From Styela clava (Eukaryota), in NCBI RefSeq assembly GCF_964204865.1, contig NC_135261.1, positions 620,001-684,000 on the forward strand: a stretch of 64,000 nucleotides of DNA, given 5' to 3'. Below are positions 10,088 through 24,043 of the stretch, in pieces; position 1 is the stretch's first letter, and the number at the start of each line of letters is the position of its first letter. The position numbers were made by a program, and so were the translations under genes. The notes beneath the pieces are model-generated. The model did no database searches. It saw nothing but the letters and a program-made list of their open reading frames with translations, and was not told the DNA's origin.

Positions 10088-10378
10088 TTTTTTTGTCTTA
10101 ACAAAGTAAGACTACTAACAACCCCAACCACCATAAATGGTAGCCCGATACAAACGCCAAAACCCTCGAAAAAATTTATTTTTTCTCAAGCCCCGATATT
10201 ACCATCTAACATGGCGAAGCTAGCTGGAGGCTCGGATGTAGGTATTGGAGCCGAGAGAGCCCTCCCCGTCGCGAATTTGTACGGGCCTCTCCACCAGCGT
10301 TGAAAGTATAGCAGGAAGCTTTGTATACTTAAGCTAGGAAAAGAATCTATAATTGGATTTATCACCTACCTGGATATT

Positions 10379-11356
10379 ATGTGTAAAACATATCTTCCAC
10401 GAGAACTATACGTACCAACGTGCGGACGATGCCTGCAAACAGGGCACACCTTTGCAGAATGCGAAAATGAAGCCGTTTGTAGGCATTGTAAAAAACCTGG
10501 GCACGTTCAAAAGAACTGTACCTTGCGGGCGAAGGAGTTTCCTGCCCTACTTAGCTCGGGAAATGGATGGGCCTTACCAAAACAGAGGAGAGGAGGACAG
10601 ACACAACAACTAACTGTCCCAAACCTTGCTGGAAACCCACCACCAACTAACGGACAAAAGCTAGTAACTAACCCAGAAAAATCAGGGGAGATGATTGCTC
10701 AGAACAAAACGTCAGAGAAAGACACCAACAATAAAAAATCTCATATTACCGCTAAAGCAATTAAAGAAGCTGTAAACGCATCCACAGTTCCCGAAAATAC
10801 AAAAATAGAAGGAAACAACGAAAGAATTATTCATGCGGAAAAAACAGACAAATTAGATGAAGATAATCAAAACAAAACGAACGCAGACATTTATGAAATC
10901 TTATCCACACAACCCTCTGCTGACTCGTCAAAACAATCCAATGATTGGTCAGAATGTTCTGAAATTGACAACGTCAGTCCTATAAGAACCTCGCCGCCAC
11001 GGATGAACAACCAGCAGTTACCACGATTAAAAACAACATCAACGATTGGTAACACCCCATTCCACGCACCACCAAAAGGAGGGGCCTATGTCAAAGTTAG
11101 GGTTCATAACTACGAGTTGCAGGACACAACATCGTCCTCGCTCTTTGCCGCATCGCCCCATGAGATTCTTTCGGCCCCAGCAAATATGGAAACACCTCTG
11201 CTAAACCTGGACCTGGCCCTAGAGTTAGACGAATCGAACCCGGATAATACAGACCACAACAAAAGATATAGAGAAGACACAACCTCGTCTGAGTCGTCTC
11301 TCGCAAGCAGCAACCCAAAAAAGGGTGGGACAGGTAAAAAGAAAAAAGAAAAGTGA
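10379..11356 (+). CDS. Element 3 ORF1 with in-frame N-terminal deletion
   Basis: ATG is fused directly to CKTYLPRELYVPTCGRC; two CCHC knuckles; basic C-terminal KKGGTGKKKKEK. Confidence 0.8.
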   Translation: MCKTYLPRELYVPTCGRCLQTGHTFAECENEAVCRHCKKPGHVQKNCTLRAKEFPALLSSGNGWALPKQRRGGQTQQLTVPNLAGNPPPTNGQKLVTNPEKSGEMIAQNKTSEKDTNNKKSHITAKAIKEAVNASTVPENTKIEGNNERIIHAEKTDKLDEDNQNKTNADIYEILSTQPSADSSKQSNDWSECSEIDNVSPIRTSPPRMNNQQLPRLKTTSTIGNTPFHAPPKGGAYVKVRVHNYELQDTTSSSLFAASPHEILSAPANMETPLLNLDLALELDESNPDNTDHNKRYREDTTSSESSLASSNPKKGGTGKKKKEK

Positions 11357-11455
11357 GTAAAAATTTTGTGTGTCATTACCTCTCTGTTGAATTTAACTAG
11401 TTCTTCACTCTACCCACCACAACCCGTAGGATAGTCAGCAAAAAAACATCCCAAT

Positions 11456-13891
11456 ATGGCCGACTTGAATATAATTTCCTTGAACGCCAATGGCCTCGAA
11501 CACCATCTAGCGGAAATGATGGCCTTCATAGGGCACGAAAACCCGAGTATCGTGTGCGTCCAAGAGGCTCACCGCCTAAATAAAGACAAAATTACGCATT
11601 GGTCAAATCAGCTAGGTTTCAATGCTTTTTTTAACACCTTGGATAAGGACGAAAAGCACCACGCATCCTTTTGGCAAGGAACTCTGATAATGATCAAGCT
11701 AGAGAACATCTTAACACCGTCCAGTTATACCATACATATTAGGCATCGCTGCGACAGTATTGAAGTTCAGATCGATCAGAAAATCATAAAAATATTTAAT
11801 GTCTAGGCCCCGGCACAAAACGGGCCCCGAAAAACCGAATTCTACGAAAACCTAGTATATATTTTAGCAAATTACTCTGATACAGGAAACTTAATATTAG
11901 CCGGTGACTTTAATATCATTCTGGAACCGATTGATGCACAAAATATCAATAACTTTAAATTACGACCACCCGAAAAAAATTTTCGCCACTTTATACAAGC
12001 CAACAACATTCTGGATACTTTTAAGGACAAATACCCCAATAAACAGATTTTTACTTACAAATTCGGAACTCAGGGACGGAGAATTGATCGGATCTACTTC
12101 TCTTTCGACCTATACAGTACAATCTCAACCATCACCCACACAGTGAATACAGTTTCGGACCACCTGCTCTGCCCTCAAATTAAGCTTAAACAAACAAAGA
12201 AAATCCGCTGGGGTAAAGGAACCTGGCGGAATAACATCACACTCTACGGGGATCAGACTTACATCGAAATAATAAAACATTCATACAATTTGGCCCTTCT
12301 CGAACTAGAAAATAATGACTCAATACTTGATTGGTGGGATAGTACAAAACAAAAAATCAAAAAAGTCACCGTCGCCTTCTCTAAAAATGTCGTAAAAAAT
12401 AAAAAGAACAGGATTACTCAGATACGTGAAATGTTGCATAAACTCATTAATGAAGGAAGAATGGAAAATGTGGTAAAAATCGAAAACCTTAAATCCCAAC
12501 TACTAACGTTGCATGGTGAGCGGAGTGGGCTGGACATACTAATGGCAAATATGAAAGAAATGGAGCAAAATAAAAAACCCACATCCTCCTTCTATGCCAG
12601 AATTAAGAAACGCGCGAAAAATACCACAATAGGGAGTTTAAAAACATCAAATAACGACCTAGTTTCCGACCAAGACGCTATTATGTCCTTAGTTGAAGGC
12701 TTCTATTGCGATCTGTGGGGCAAAGAACAAAAAATAAACAATTACCACCAGCGATACTACTTATCCCTAATGGGCTCGTCCCAAATATCAGAACAAGAAA
12801 ACTGCGTTATGGAGCAACCCGTTAAGAGCGGATAAATCTACAGCGCAATGAAATCACTTAGCAACAATAAATCACCTGGTTTCGATGGACTCAGTAAAGA
12901 ATTTTACATAACCTTTTGGAGCACCATAAAAACTCAACTCACCCAAGTCATCAACAATATCTTCTCATTCGGCCTTTTCCCAAAATCTTGCGCATTAGCT
13001 AAAGTTAAACTTCTGTATAAAAAGAACGACGAGACGGATTTGAAAAGCTGGCGGCCCATATCAACCCTAAATATGGACTATAAAATCATATCTAAAATCG
13101 TAGTAAAAAGATTGGAACCGGTCATATCGAGAATAGTAAGTGCGTCGCAGAAGTGTTCTTTAGCCCAAAGGAGTATACATGACGTCCATTACAACATCGA
13201 TGTGATTGTAAGATACTGTCAACACAAAAACATCCCAGGGACATTGGTCCTGATAGATAACTTAAAGGCATTTGATAACGTCAGTCACACTTTTCTTTTT
13301 AATATCCTGAAACAAATTGGACTGGGAAACAAAATTCATAGTGTAATAAAAAAGTTGTACCAGAACATAGAATCTCAAATTGACGTCAACGGCGAGCTAT
13401 CAAACAAAATCACCATAAAGCGTGGCATAAGGCAGGGATGCCCTCTAAGCATGCTGTTATACGCAATAAGCGTAGAACCTCTGGCAAGATCCGTACAGAT
13501 GAATTCCAACATTCACGGTATAAAACTAGGTGTATGCGAACACAAGCTGGACCAATACGCCGATGATGTCACCTTTGCTATAAGCGACCAACCATCTATA
13601 AATGAAGTATTCAAAGAACTATACCACTTTCAATTGGCGTCAGGACAAAAGATAAATCAAGAAAAAACAGAAATTCTATGTATAACAAAAACCTCCCATA
13701 TTTCAATATTCAACTCTCCATTTAGGCAATATATTAAACAGGATGTTAAACTACTGGGAGTACATTTCGGACGAAAGCCACTAGACAAAATGTGGGATGA
13801 AATTGTGACCAATCTGATTCGAGTAAGACTCGGACATGAAGTGTCTTTTAGACACCGATCCGAAAACTGGAAAAATTCTGATCCGCAATAA
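11456..13891 (+). pseudogene. Element 3 ORF2 (APE plus RT), with stops and C-terminal deletion
   Basis: ISLNANGL, CVQEAH, NV*AP, AGDFN, RIDRIY, SDH, KSPGFDG, GIRQGCPLS, YADD; in-frame stops at 11806 and 12835; homology ends near 13822. Confidence 0.9.
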
Positions 13892-13898
13892 AAAAAAA

Positions 13899-14135
13899 CG
13901 TGCGTGAGATTTTAGTGAGTGGAGTGCCAAAAGTTCAAGAGAGGGCAGCGGGATGAGGCTGGCGCCGAGGAAAGGAAGACAGGTTATAGTGTCGAGAATA
14001 GGAAGGTTGGGGCAGTGGGTCGAGGATATGGGGAGCTGAGAGAAATAGGGTGAGTGGGTCGAGTATAGGAGGAGTGAAGGAGATAGGATGTGGGGTCGAG
14101 GATAGGGAACCGGGAGGAAGATAGGGTAGTGGTTC
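13899..14135 (+). repeat. G-rich dispersed repeat, copy 3, left part (split by Gypsy A)
   Basis: Homologous to 5079-5276; continues at 24501 after the duplicated GGTTC. Confidence 0.85.
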
Positions 14136-14373
14136 TGTAGTGTATTCTGCCTTTAGATCTTTATAAACAAGCACCAAGTTTCCATTACAACTACTTTATT
14201 ATAAGAGTCGAGCACTTCAACATTAAGACACCATAGCAGTAACAGACTAAACAGCAAGTCAGCACTTAACACGTGCACAGATAGAACAAGAATGACAGCC
14301 TCGGATATACAAGGTCAAATCAGTCTGGGTCAATAGCGTCACCTAGCGGTATTACATCATATAATATACAACA
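14136..14373 (-). repeat. Gypsy A 3' LTR (238 bp)
   Basis: Direct repeat of 24261-24500; adjacent polypurine tract on the minus strand. Confidence 0.95.
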
Positions 14374-14417
14374 CTTTTTCCCCCCTTCAAAAAAATGAGA
14401 ATGTCATTACATTTCAT

Positions 14418-15534
14418 TTACATTGTTCCAATCAACCGCTCAGGCTTAACCCTAAGACGTTTTGGATAACGTGAAATTTCAACAGATGTTTCATCAGGGC
14501 ACAGGGTTTCACTTTCAGTACTAACATTAGGATTAACAGGTAAATTTTCATTAGCACTAGGGATATCAACATTAAGATCAATTACATCAGTATTTGGAAA
14601 CACAGAAGGCAATGAAACGTCATCATCCAAACTACTATCATATGATTTCTCTAATTTCACTTTAGACATGTCCAATATTTGATCAATATGTCTTTTCCAG
14701 ATCATTGAACCAACTTTTACACGATAGGTTACAGGACTCAACTTCTTTACGATTATTCCATGAATCCATTTTCGGTTTGGATCTCTATAATCACAAACTT
14801 GAACACGATTTCTAACTTCCAGATTTCTAATAGGCTTTTGCACTGGAGTTGTTCTTTTCTGCATCGAATTACTCAAATTAGGTTTCATTAAATCTAATCT
14901 TGTTCTCAGTCTTCTTTTCATGAATAATTCAGCTGGAGTACATTTCGTTGTAGAATGTGGCGTTGTTCGATAAGTTAACAAGAACGATGCCAACTTCTGA
15001 TTCAGTGTTCCAGGTAATCTTTTTAAAGTTTTCAGTGCAGTTTTGAAGGTACGCACATTTCTTTCAGCCTCACCATTAGAGGACGGATGATACGGACTTG
15101 AGAAGATTTGCTTAATTCAATTTCGTATCATAAAATCTCGAAACTTTTTCGATGACAGGTTAGGAGCATTGTCGCTTACCAATATTTCAGGTAGTCCATA
15201 TTTTGAAAATAAATATCTCAATGCATCAACAGTCTTTTCAGAAGTAGTTGAAGGCATTCTCAACACTTCAGGCCATTTAGAATGAGCATCGACCACCACC
15301 AGAAAGTTTTCATTCATTATTGGACCAGCATAGTCAATATGAATTCTTTGCCATGGCTTCGTAGGCCATATCCATGGATTTCCAGACGTTTTATTCGCAG
15401 GACTTCTTACTTCCTGACAATTTGAACAATCTCTCACTTTCTGTTCAATTCTTTCATCAATATTCGGAAACCAAACATGCAATCTGGCTAATGATTTCAT
15501 CCGAACCATACCAGGATGATTTTCATGCAGTTCA
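14418..15534 (-). pseudogene. Gypsy A integrase (frameshifted)
   Basis: LHENHPGMVRMKSLAR..CSNC zinc finger, PWQRIHIDYAGP, LVSDNAP, SNGEAER, WKRHIDQI. Confidence 0.9.
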
Positions 15535-15720
15535 TCTAGTGTAAGATGATATTTATGACGTCATTATTAATGCTATACTTGTCACCTTTGACCTTGCTTG
15601 CTTGCTCTCTCTCTCTGCTTGTGCTGCTAGATGTTGAGTGCTGTGATCTATGATGTCTATGTTATATCTATAATATACTCAAGCATCCTGAATAGTTGTG
15701 TATTTACCCACAAACAAACA

Positions 15721-15739
15721 TGGTGTCAGAATCGGGATT
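15721..15739 (+). promoter_or_regulatory. Primer-binding site of Gypsy B (tRNA-Leu-like)
   Basis: TGGTGTCAGAA directly after the 5' LTR; complementary to the tRNA-Leu 3' end TTCTGACACCA. Confidence 0.8.
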
Positions 15740-15797
15740 GATGTAAAGTTGCTTGAAAAATATTCTAAAAATCGCGTCAGTGAGCAATCAATTAAGG

Positions 15798-18217
15798 ATG
15801 GCTGATTCGTCGTTGAACAGACCAGATCCTCTGATTTTTGATGGAAATGTTGCTGAAAACTGGAGAATATTCGTACGTGAATATGATATTTTCATCGGAG
15901 CACTGCACAGTGATAAAACTGACAAAGCTAAAGCTTGCATATTGCTTAATTTGATTGGGAAAGAGGGCAGAGAAAAAGAAGAATCTTTTACATATGAGGC
16001 AGCTGAAGGTGACGTTCCTGCTGAGTCTCGTGATGATCCAGAATGCCTGAAGAGAAAATTTGCAGAAATATGCCTACCCAAGTCAAACATAGGACTAACA
16101 AGACATCACTTCAACACAAGAGCACAGATGCCAGATGAATCTATCCAATCATTCGTTGTAGACTTGAAAAACAAAGCCAAGTCTTGTGAATTTGGTGATC
16201 TCAAAGATGAGTTGATTAAAGACAGAATTTTGACTGGCGTTCATGATGATAACCTGCGAAGGCAATTGCTAAAAGAAGCTAATCTTACATTGAAAAAAGC
16301 TATTGATATATGTGTAATATATGAACTTACAAATGAGAGAATGAAATTCCTATCGATGAATGCAACGAAAGAAGTTGATTCCGTATCTCATCATAGAAGA
16401 AACACACGCTATAGTCCGAAATTTAGACCTAACAAGTTCGAAAAGAACAATAGAACATTTCGTGCAAATAATGACAAATTTTATAAGCCTGATTGTCATT
16501 TTCAGAGTGTGTCTAAATTTAATTCAGCTTGCCAATATTGTGGTTTAAATCATACTAAATCACGTGATTCTTGTCCAGCATTTGGCAAGAAATGTAATTT
16601 TTGGCACAAAATGAATCATTTTCAAAGAATGTGCTTTATTAAACGTGGTCAATCAAAAGAATGTCATAGATCTTCATATGATGTTCATGGCAATCAAAAC
16701 CAGACCCCAGTTCATGAGATTAATGACCTGTATAATGCTGATTATTTTTATGTTGGTTCATTTGATTGTGTCAATTCAGTTAAGACTACTGGTCCTGATG
16801 AAGCTTTTGCTGGTTTATATGTGAATAACAACCATGTCAAACTCAAAATTGATACTGGTGCTAAGTGTAATGTCCTACCATTGCATATTTTCAATTGTGT
16901 CAGATCTGATGAAAAGATTGACAAGAGAAATCCTGCATTTTTGATTGGTTATGGGTCTAGTAATAGAATTCCTACAATTGGATCTGTTGTTATAAAATGT
17001 ATTTTCCGTAATGTCCCATATTTGCTTAAATTTCAAGTTGTTGATAGAAATGTCACACCTATTCTTGGAATTAATGATTGTTTAAATTTGAATGTTCTTT
17101 CTTTGAATGTGCATGAGTTGAAACCCCAAAGTGTTCCCTCTGTACTTTCGCCCGAGTCCGTTCAAAAATATGTTGAAAATAAGTTTTCTGATCTATTTGA
17201 TGGTAAGCTAGGTGAATTGCCTATTACTTATCACATGAAACTTCGATCTGATGCACAGCCAGTGATCAGACCTCCCAGAAAAGTTCCTGTTGCAATGCAG
17301 AAACTTGTGAAACAAGAATTAGATAAAATGGTTGCCAATCAGATTATTTTACCAGTTGACGAACCAACTGAATGGGTGTCAAGCATGGTAGTCACAAAGA
17401 AAAAATCTGGTGCCATTCGTATTTGTTTAGATCCTACTTTATTGAATACATATATTTTACGTGAGCATTATCCAATGAGAAATATTGAAGATATTGTTGC
17501 CACAATGCCCAATGCTAAATATTTTGCTGTATTAGATGCATCTTCTGGTTTTTGGCAGATTAAGCTTGATCATGAATCCTCACTGAAAACTACCTTTAAC
17601 TCACCTGTTGGTAGATTTCGTTTTTTGCGTATGCCATTTGGAATTTCGTCTTGCCCAGAAGTGTTTCAGAAGGCTATTGATCAACTTTTTGATAAGCTAC
17701 CCTGTCGTATTGTTGTTGATGACATTCTAATTTGGGGCTCGACTGAGAAAGAATTATTTGATCGTATTTTGCTTATACTTGAAAGAGCTAGAGAAGTCAA
17801 TTTGAAATTGAATTTGTCCAAATGTAAGTTTATGACACAAGAAGTTGAATATTGTGGTCATATTTTGACTTCGAATGGTTTAAAACCATCTCCTCGAATT
17901 ACCCAAGCTATTCGTGATATGCCAGAGCCTACTGATAAACATTCTTTGCATCGATTTATTGGAATGATTACTTACCTTGCTAAATTTTTGCCGAAATTGA
18001 GTGAACATACTGCTAATTTACGATTATTGCTTAGAAATGATGTTGAATGGTATTGGAATGAAAATGAACGTAATGATTTTAATATGCTCAAAATTATGCT
18101 TTCTAATATGCCAATTTTGAAATTTTATGATTGTAACAAAAGTGTAACTTTAACATGTGATGCATCCCAGAAAGGGTTGGGAGCTGCTTGTTTACAAGAT
18201 AATGTACCCATTGCTTA
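15798..18217 (+). CDS. Gypsy B gag-pol, 5' part (gag, protease, RT, start of RNase H)
   Basis: Zinc knuckles, KIDTGA protease motif, LDASSGFWQ, VVDD, CDASQKGLGA; frame continues at 19203 once the mariner element is removed. Confidence 0.93.
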
Positions 18218-19200
<983 letters not shown>

Positions 19201-19202
19201 TA

Positions 19203-20871
19203 TGTGTCCCGTGCATTAACCGATACTGAAACAAGGTATGCACAAATTGAAAAAGAACTTCTAGCTGTTGTTTTTGCTTGTGAAAAATTTCATCATTATA
19301 TATATGGTAAAAAGATTTTGATTGAATCTGATCATAAACCCCTAGAATCTATATTGTCGAAACCTTTTCTGAGTGCACCTCTCAGATTGCAAAAAATGAT
19401 GTTACGTTTACAAAAGTATGATTTGAAAATCATTTATAAAAAAGGTACTGAAATGTATATTGCTGATACATTGTCACGAGCATATGTTCCAAATGATAAA
19501 CTTGTTGATATTATGCATAATTATGATGATTTTGATATTTTGACAATTGTTTCTATTTCCCCACCAAGAGCACACGAGTTGGTTGAAAAAACCAGGACTG
19601 ATCAAACATTACAAGAACTGATTAAAATTATCAAGCAGGGATGGCCTAATACTGTAAAAAGTTTGCCAATCCAAGTTCAGAAATATTTTCCATTTCGAGA
19701 TGAACTCATTGAACATGATGGTGTTGTGTACAAGTCAAATAAAGTTGTTGTTCCCGAGTCATTACAACAAGAATACATTGCACAAATACACCGAGGACAT
19801 ATAAATGTTGAATCCACAAAGAATCGTGCACGTGATTATTTGTTTTGGTGCAATATGTCCAAAGATATTGAAGAAGCTATTTCACATTGTTCTGTTTGCA
19901 ATAGTCTGAAGAATCATCAACAGAAAGAACCATTGAAATTACATGAAATTCCTGATCGTCCATGGTCTATTCTAGCTACAGATATATTTCACTGGTATGG
20001 AAGTGAACATTTAGTACTTGTTGACTCTTATTCTGGATGGTTTGAAATTAACCACTTGCCTGATATTTCCTCATATACTGTTATAAAGAAACTAAAAGAA
20101 CATTTTGCTAGATTTGGCAGTCCAGATGTACTGTTCAGTGATAGTGGTCCCCAATATTCGTCGCTTCTTTTCAAAGAATTTGCTAGAGAATGGCAATTCA
20201 AACATGTTATGAGTAGTCCTGAATTTCCTCAAAGCAATGGACTAGCTGAAAATGCTGTAAAACAATCTAAAAATTTATTGGAGAAATGCAGACGAGATCG
20301 ATCTGATCCTTACCTTGCTCTATTAAATATTCGAAATGTGCCTAGAGATAAAATACTTGGTTCTTCTGCACAACGTTTGTTATCACGTCGAACAAAAGGT
20401 GACATACCTATATCAAAGAATTTGTTGAATCCTGAAATGAGAAATCCAAAAGAAGTGCATGATCAATTGCTGCACAAAAGAAGCCAACAAAAGAAATATT
20501 TTGACAAGTCTTCAAAACTGCTACCTAATTTGAACACTGGTGATATAGTGAGAATGCAAACTAAAAAAGGATATGACAAGAAAGGTATCATATGCCAGAA
20601 TCATCACTTACCAAGATCTTACATTGTTGAGTCTGATGGAAGAAGGTATCGTCGCAATCGAAGACATATCCTTAAAGCAAATGAATCTTACTATCCTCGA
20701 ACAGAAGAAGATATCGATTATTCTAATTTATCTGATTCAAATACTGATGTTCCAAGTCAATCTAATATTGTTAATGGAAGTCCTAATTTTGTGCCCAGTA
20801 TGACTTTTACTAGAAGTGGAAGAAGAATAAGGCCAAATCCAAGATATTACTCTAGTGATTTTGTGAAGTGA
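19203..20871 (+). CDS. Gypsy B pol, 3' part (RNase H, integrase)
   Basis: SRALTDTETRYAQIEKELLA, ESDHKPL, HRGH..CSVC, LATDIF, SDSGPQY, SNGLAE. Confidence 0.93.
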
Positions 20872-21189
20872 ATATTGCATTTTGTAGCTTTGCTGATTGA
20901 TGACAAATTGTTGTAAATGAGATTTGAACTTTCCAGTTGGCATTGCTATTATGTGCATTAGTGTTGTATTTCATGTGTTGATATTTGTTTAAAGAAAAGG
21001 GGATGTAAGATGATATTTATGACGTCATTATTAATGCTATACTTGTCACCTTTGACCTTGCTTGCTTGCTCTCTCTCTCTGCTTGTGCTGCTAGATGTTG
21101 AGTGCTGTGATCTATGATGTCTATGTTATATCTATAATATACTCAAGCATCCTGAATAGTTGTGTATTTACCCACAAACAAACATCTAG

Positions 21190-24043
21190 TACTTCTGCAA
21201 TATACTTTTCAGGAATAATAACTCTTATTCCCCACAGCAATATTCCTTCTTCCACAGTAATTTCATCTTTCCTCCTGTGGAATGGCAACAATTCATTTGT
21301 AATTTCCTCCTTTGCAGGCCAACCATTTATAGTATACAGCAACACTCGTGAGAGCTTTGGATCATTTTCAGTTGCATGGCGGAGCTTTGCAGGAGTTATG
21401 GGAAGCGTATGAACTTGGTTTATGTTCATAATCGTTTCCTCTTCTTCCCAACAATCACGTATTTCAGACTGATCTGTTTTCATGGGCAATCGGGATAATG
21501 CATCTGCATTCCCATTATTTTTCGTGTTTCGATAACATATTTCATATTTATATGCAGACAGTTTTATAGCCCACCTTTGCAATCTGGTTGCAGTTAAAAC
21601 AGGTATACCACGTTTTGGACTCAATAGCATAGTTAAAGGTTGGTGATCAGTCAACAATTTGAAATTTCGACCATATAAATACACATGAAATTTTCTTACA
21701 CCATATACAATTGCTAGTGCCTCCTTCTCGATTTGGGAATAATTTTTTTCAGCACTTGTTAAAGTACGAGAAGCATATGCAATAGGTTTTTCAGCACCAT
21801 TTGGAAGTATATGAGAAATTACAGCACCAATACCTACAGATGAAGCATCAGTGGCAAGTACTAATGGTTTTTCAGGGTCATAGTGTACTAGCACCTCAGA
21901 TGACACCAATATATCTTTCAGTTTCACAAAAGCTTTTTTACAGTCACTATTCCAATTCCATTTCATACCCTTTTTCAGTAACTTATTGAAAGGATCAACA
22001 AGGGTAGACATTGCAGGAATAAATTTACGATAATAATTTACAATACCAAGAAAAGATTGCAATTCTTTTACATTTTCAGGGCTAGGGATTTCCATTATTG
22101 CTTCAATCTTTTTCGGAGAAGGGTGAATACCTTCTGCATTAACAACAAAAGCAAAATATTCAACAGATGATTGCAAAAAACAACATTTAGAACGTTTCAA
22201 TTTTACACCAAATAAATTCAATCTATATAGAAGTTTATCAAGAAATTGCAAATGACTATCATCATCTTTTTCAGTGACAATCAAATCATCTAAAATACAA
22301 CCCACATTTGGCAATCCCTGGAGAATTGTCTCCATAGTTTCTTGGAAAATACTAAGACTAGAAGCTGCCCCATATGGTAACCTTAAATATCTAAATAACC
22401 CCATATGAGTATTAATAGTGACATATTTTTGAGATTCATCATCAAGTAAGACTTGTTGATAAGCTTCTGATAAATCAAGCTTTGAAAATTTCTGCCCCCC
22501 ATTCAATTTACTAAAAAGGGGTCCTCAGGTCTAGGCAAGAGATATTCAGGGACATCTAATTCAGGGTTTATAGTTACTTTAAAATCCCCACAAATTCTTA
22601 CTGAACCATCAGCTTTCAATACTGGAACAATGGGTGAAGCCCGATCAGAACTTTCAACTTTTTTCAGGACCCCCATATTTACTAGTCTTTTCAGCTCATC
22701 CGAAATTTCATCACGAAGAGCAAAAGGAACAGGACGTGGCTTGTAGAATTTCAGAATGGCACTTTCTTTCACCCTTAGTTTAGCAGTTATACCTTTTATA
22801 GTACCAAGGGAATTATCAAAAACAGGGTACTTTTTCAAAATATTCTCAAGCGTGAGCTTGGAACCAATATGACAAATACGATGCCAATTCAATTGCAATT
22901 GGGATAACCAATTTCTACCCAATAGTAATGGACCATTGCCACGAACAATTTGCAAAGGTAAATTTACATACTGTGACTCATATTCAACAGTAACATTCAC
23001 TTTACCTAGGACCGTAATATTTTCACCAGTATAAGTTGTCAATACAACATTAGATTTCAGCAAAGGCAAATGTTTAAAATTCCTTTCATACATGCTTTCA
23101 GAAATGAGTGACACCCCACTACCAGTATCTAATTCAAATTTACAATCACAATTTTCGATTCTCAGTGGAACTACTATTGGACCATAAGAACTAGACTTAG
23201 TAGTAAATACAGGACACATTTCATTTTGAGAACAGTCCGAAGACAGGTTATCATCATTCGTAGGTTGCATGTAGTCACAATTCGAAGACTTTTTACTTTT
23301 CAGAGGCTTGGAACCTCGATAGAAGTTACGTTGCATTGAGCATTTTCGACTTATATGCCCAATTCGTTTACATTTATGGCACTTTGCATTTCTGTAGAAA
23401 CAGCTTTCAGCAGGATGATTACTTTTCCCTTATCGAAAACATTCTTTGAATTTTCGAATTTCAGAACGCGTTGCAAATCTTTGATTATTTTGAACTTTAT
23501 GAACTTTTGGTTTACTTTCATCTACTGGCAATTTTTCAAATTTGCAACTTAATTCATTGGCTTGTTTTTCTGCCAATTCCATACCAGTAGCAATTTTCAC
23601 AGCATTCTGCAGAGTTAGGTCAACTTCAGTTAATAATTTACGTTTCATTCGAGTTGACATTAGTCCACTCACAAATCTATCTCTTAGTGAATCATTTAAG
23701 AACTCACCGAATTGACAATGTTCAGATAATTTCCTGAGCTGTGCCAGGAACTCATTCACAGTTTCTCCATCATGTTGGATTCTTTCATGAAATTTGACTC
23801 TTTCTGCTATCACCAATGGTTTGGGGTTGAGATGCAAGTTCTTTCAGTTGGACATAAGTCTTTTCACCAGGCTTTTCAGGAGCACAAACTGTATGTTTGA
23901 GCCCCGCAAACGCTTAATAATATGGCTTTCTTTTTATCAGCACTTTCAATCTCGTTTGCTTCAAAATAATGTCCTAAGCGTTCAACATATTCAGACCAAT
24001 CTTGGCCATTACTATACTCTTCTATTTTTCCAAATGTAGTCAT
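21190..24043 (-). pseudogene. Gypsy A gag-protease-RT-RNase H (frameshifted)
   Basis: MTTFGKIEEY start at 24043; LVIAERVKFHERIQ gag motif; ELDTGS protease; LDLSEAYQQ, ILDD, ATDASSVG; several frameshifts. Confidence 0.92.

Larger units (their letters stand above)
5276..10212 (+). mobile_element. Tx1/L1-clade retrotransposon 2, degenerate
   Basis: 5' UTR; ORF1 from ATG 5516 with a frameshift; fragmented ORF2 (CIQEAH, VGDFN, RLDRIY, SDH, GIRQGCPLS, YADD, CKFC..HIFLSC) ending at 10087; start of 3' UTR homologous to element 1 (AAATGGTAGC, TACCATC.AACA). Confidence 0.9.
10220..13898 (+). mobile_element. Tx1/L1-clade retrotransposon 3, internally deleted (5' boundary approximate)
   Basis: 5' UTR homologous to elements 1 and 2 (AAGC.TAGGAA...TATA.TTGGA.TTA...GGATATTATG); ORF1; full APE domain; RT; then a jump to the 3' terminal hairpin and CAATAAAAAAAAA. 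Confidence 0.88.

Noticed and set aside
10211-10300. HDV-like ribozyme at the element 3 5' end
   Set aside because: GC-rich stems exist, but P3/L3, P1.1 and the catalytic C junction could not be assigned.
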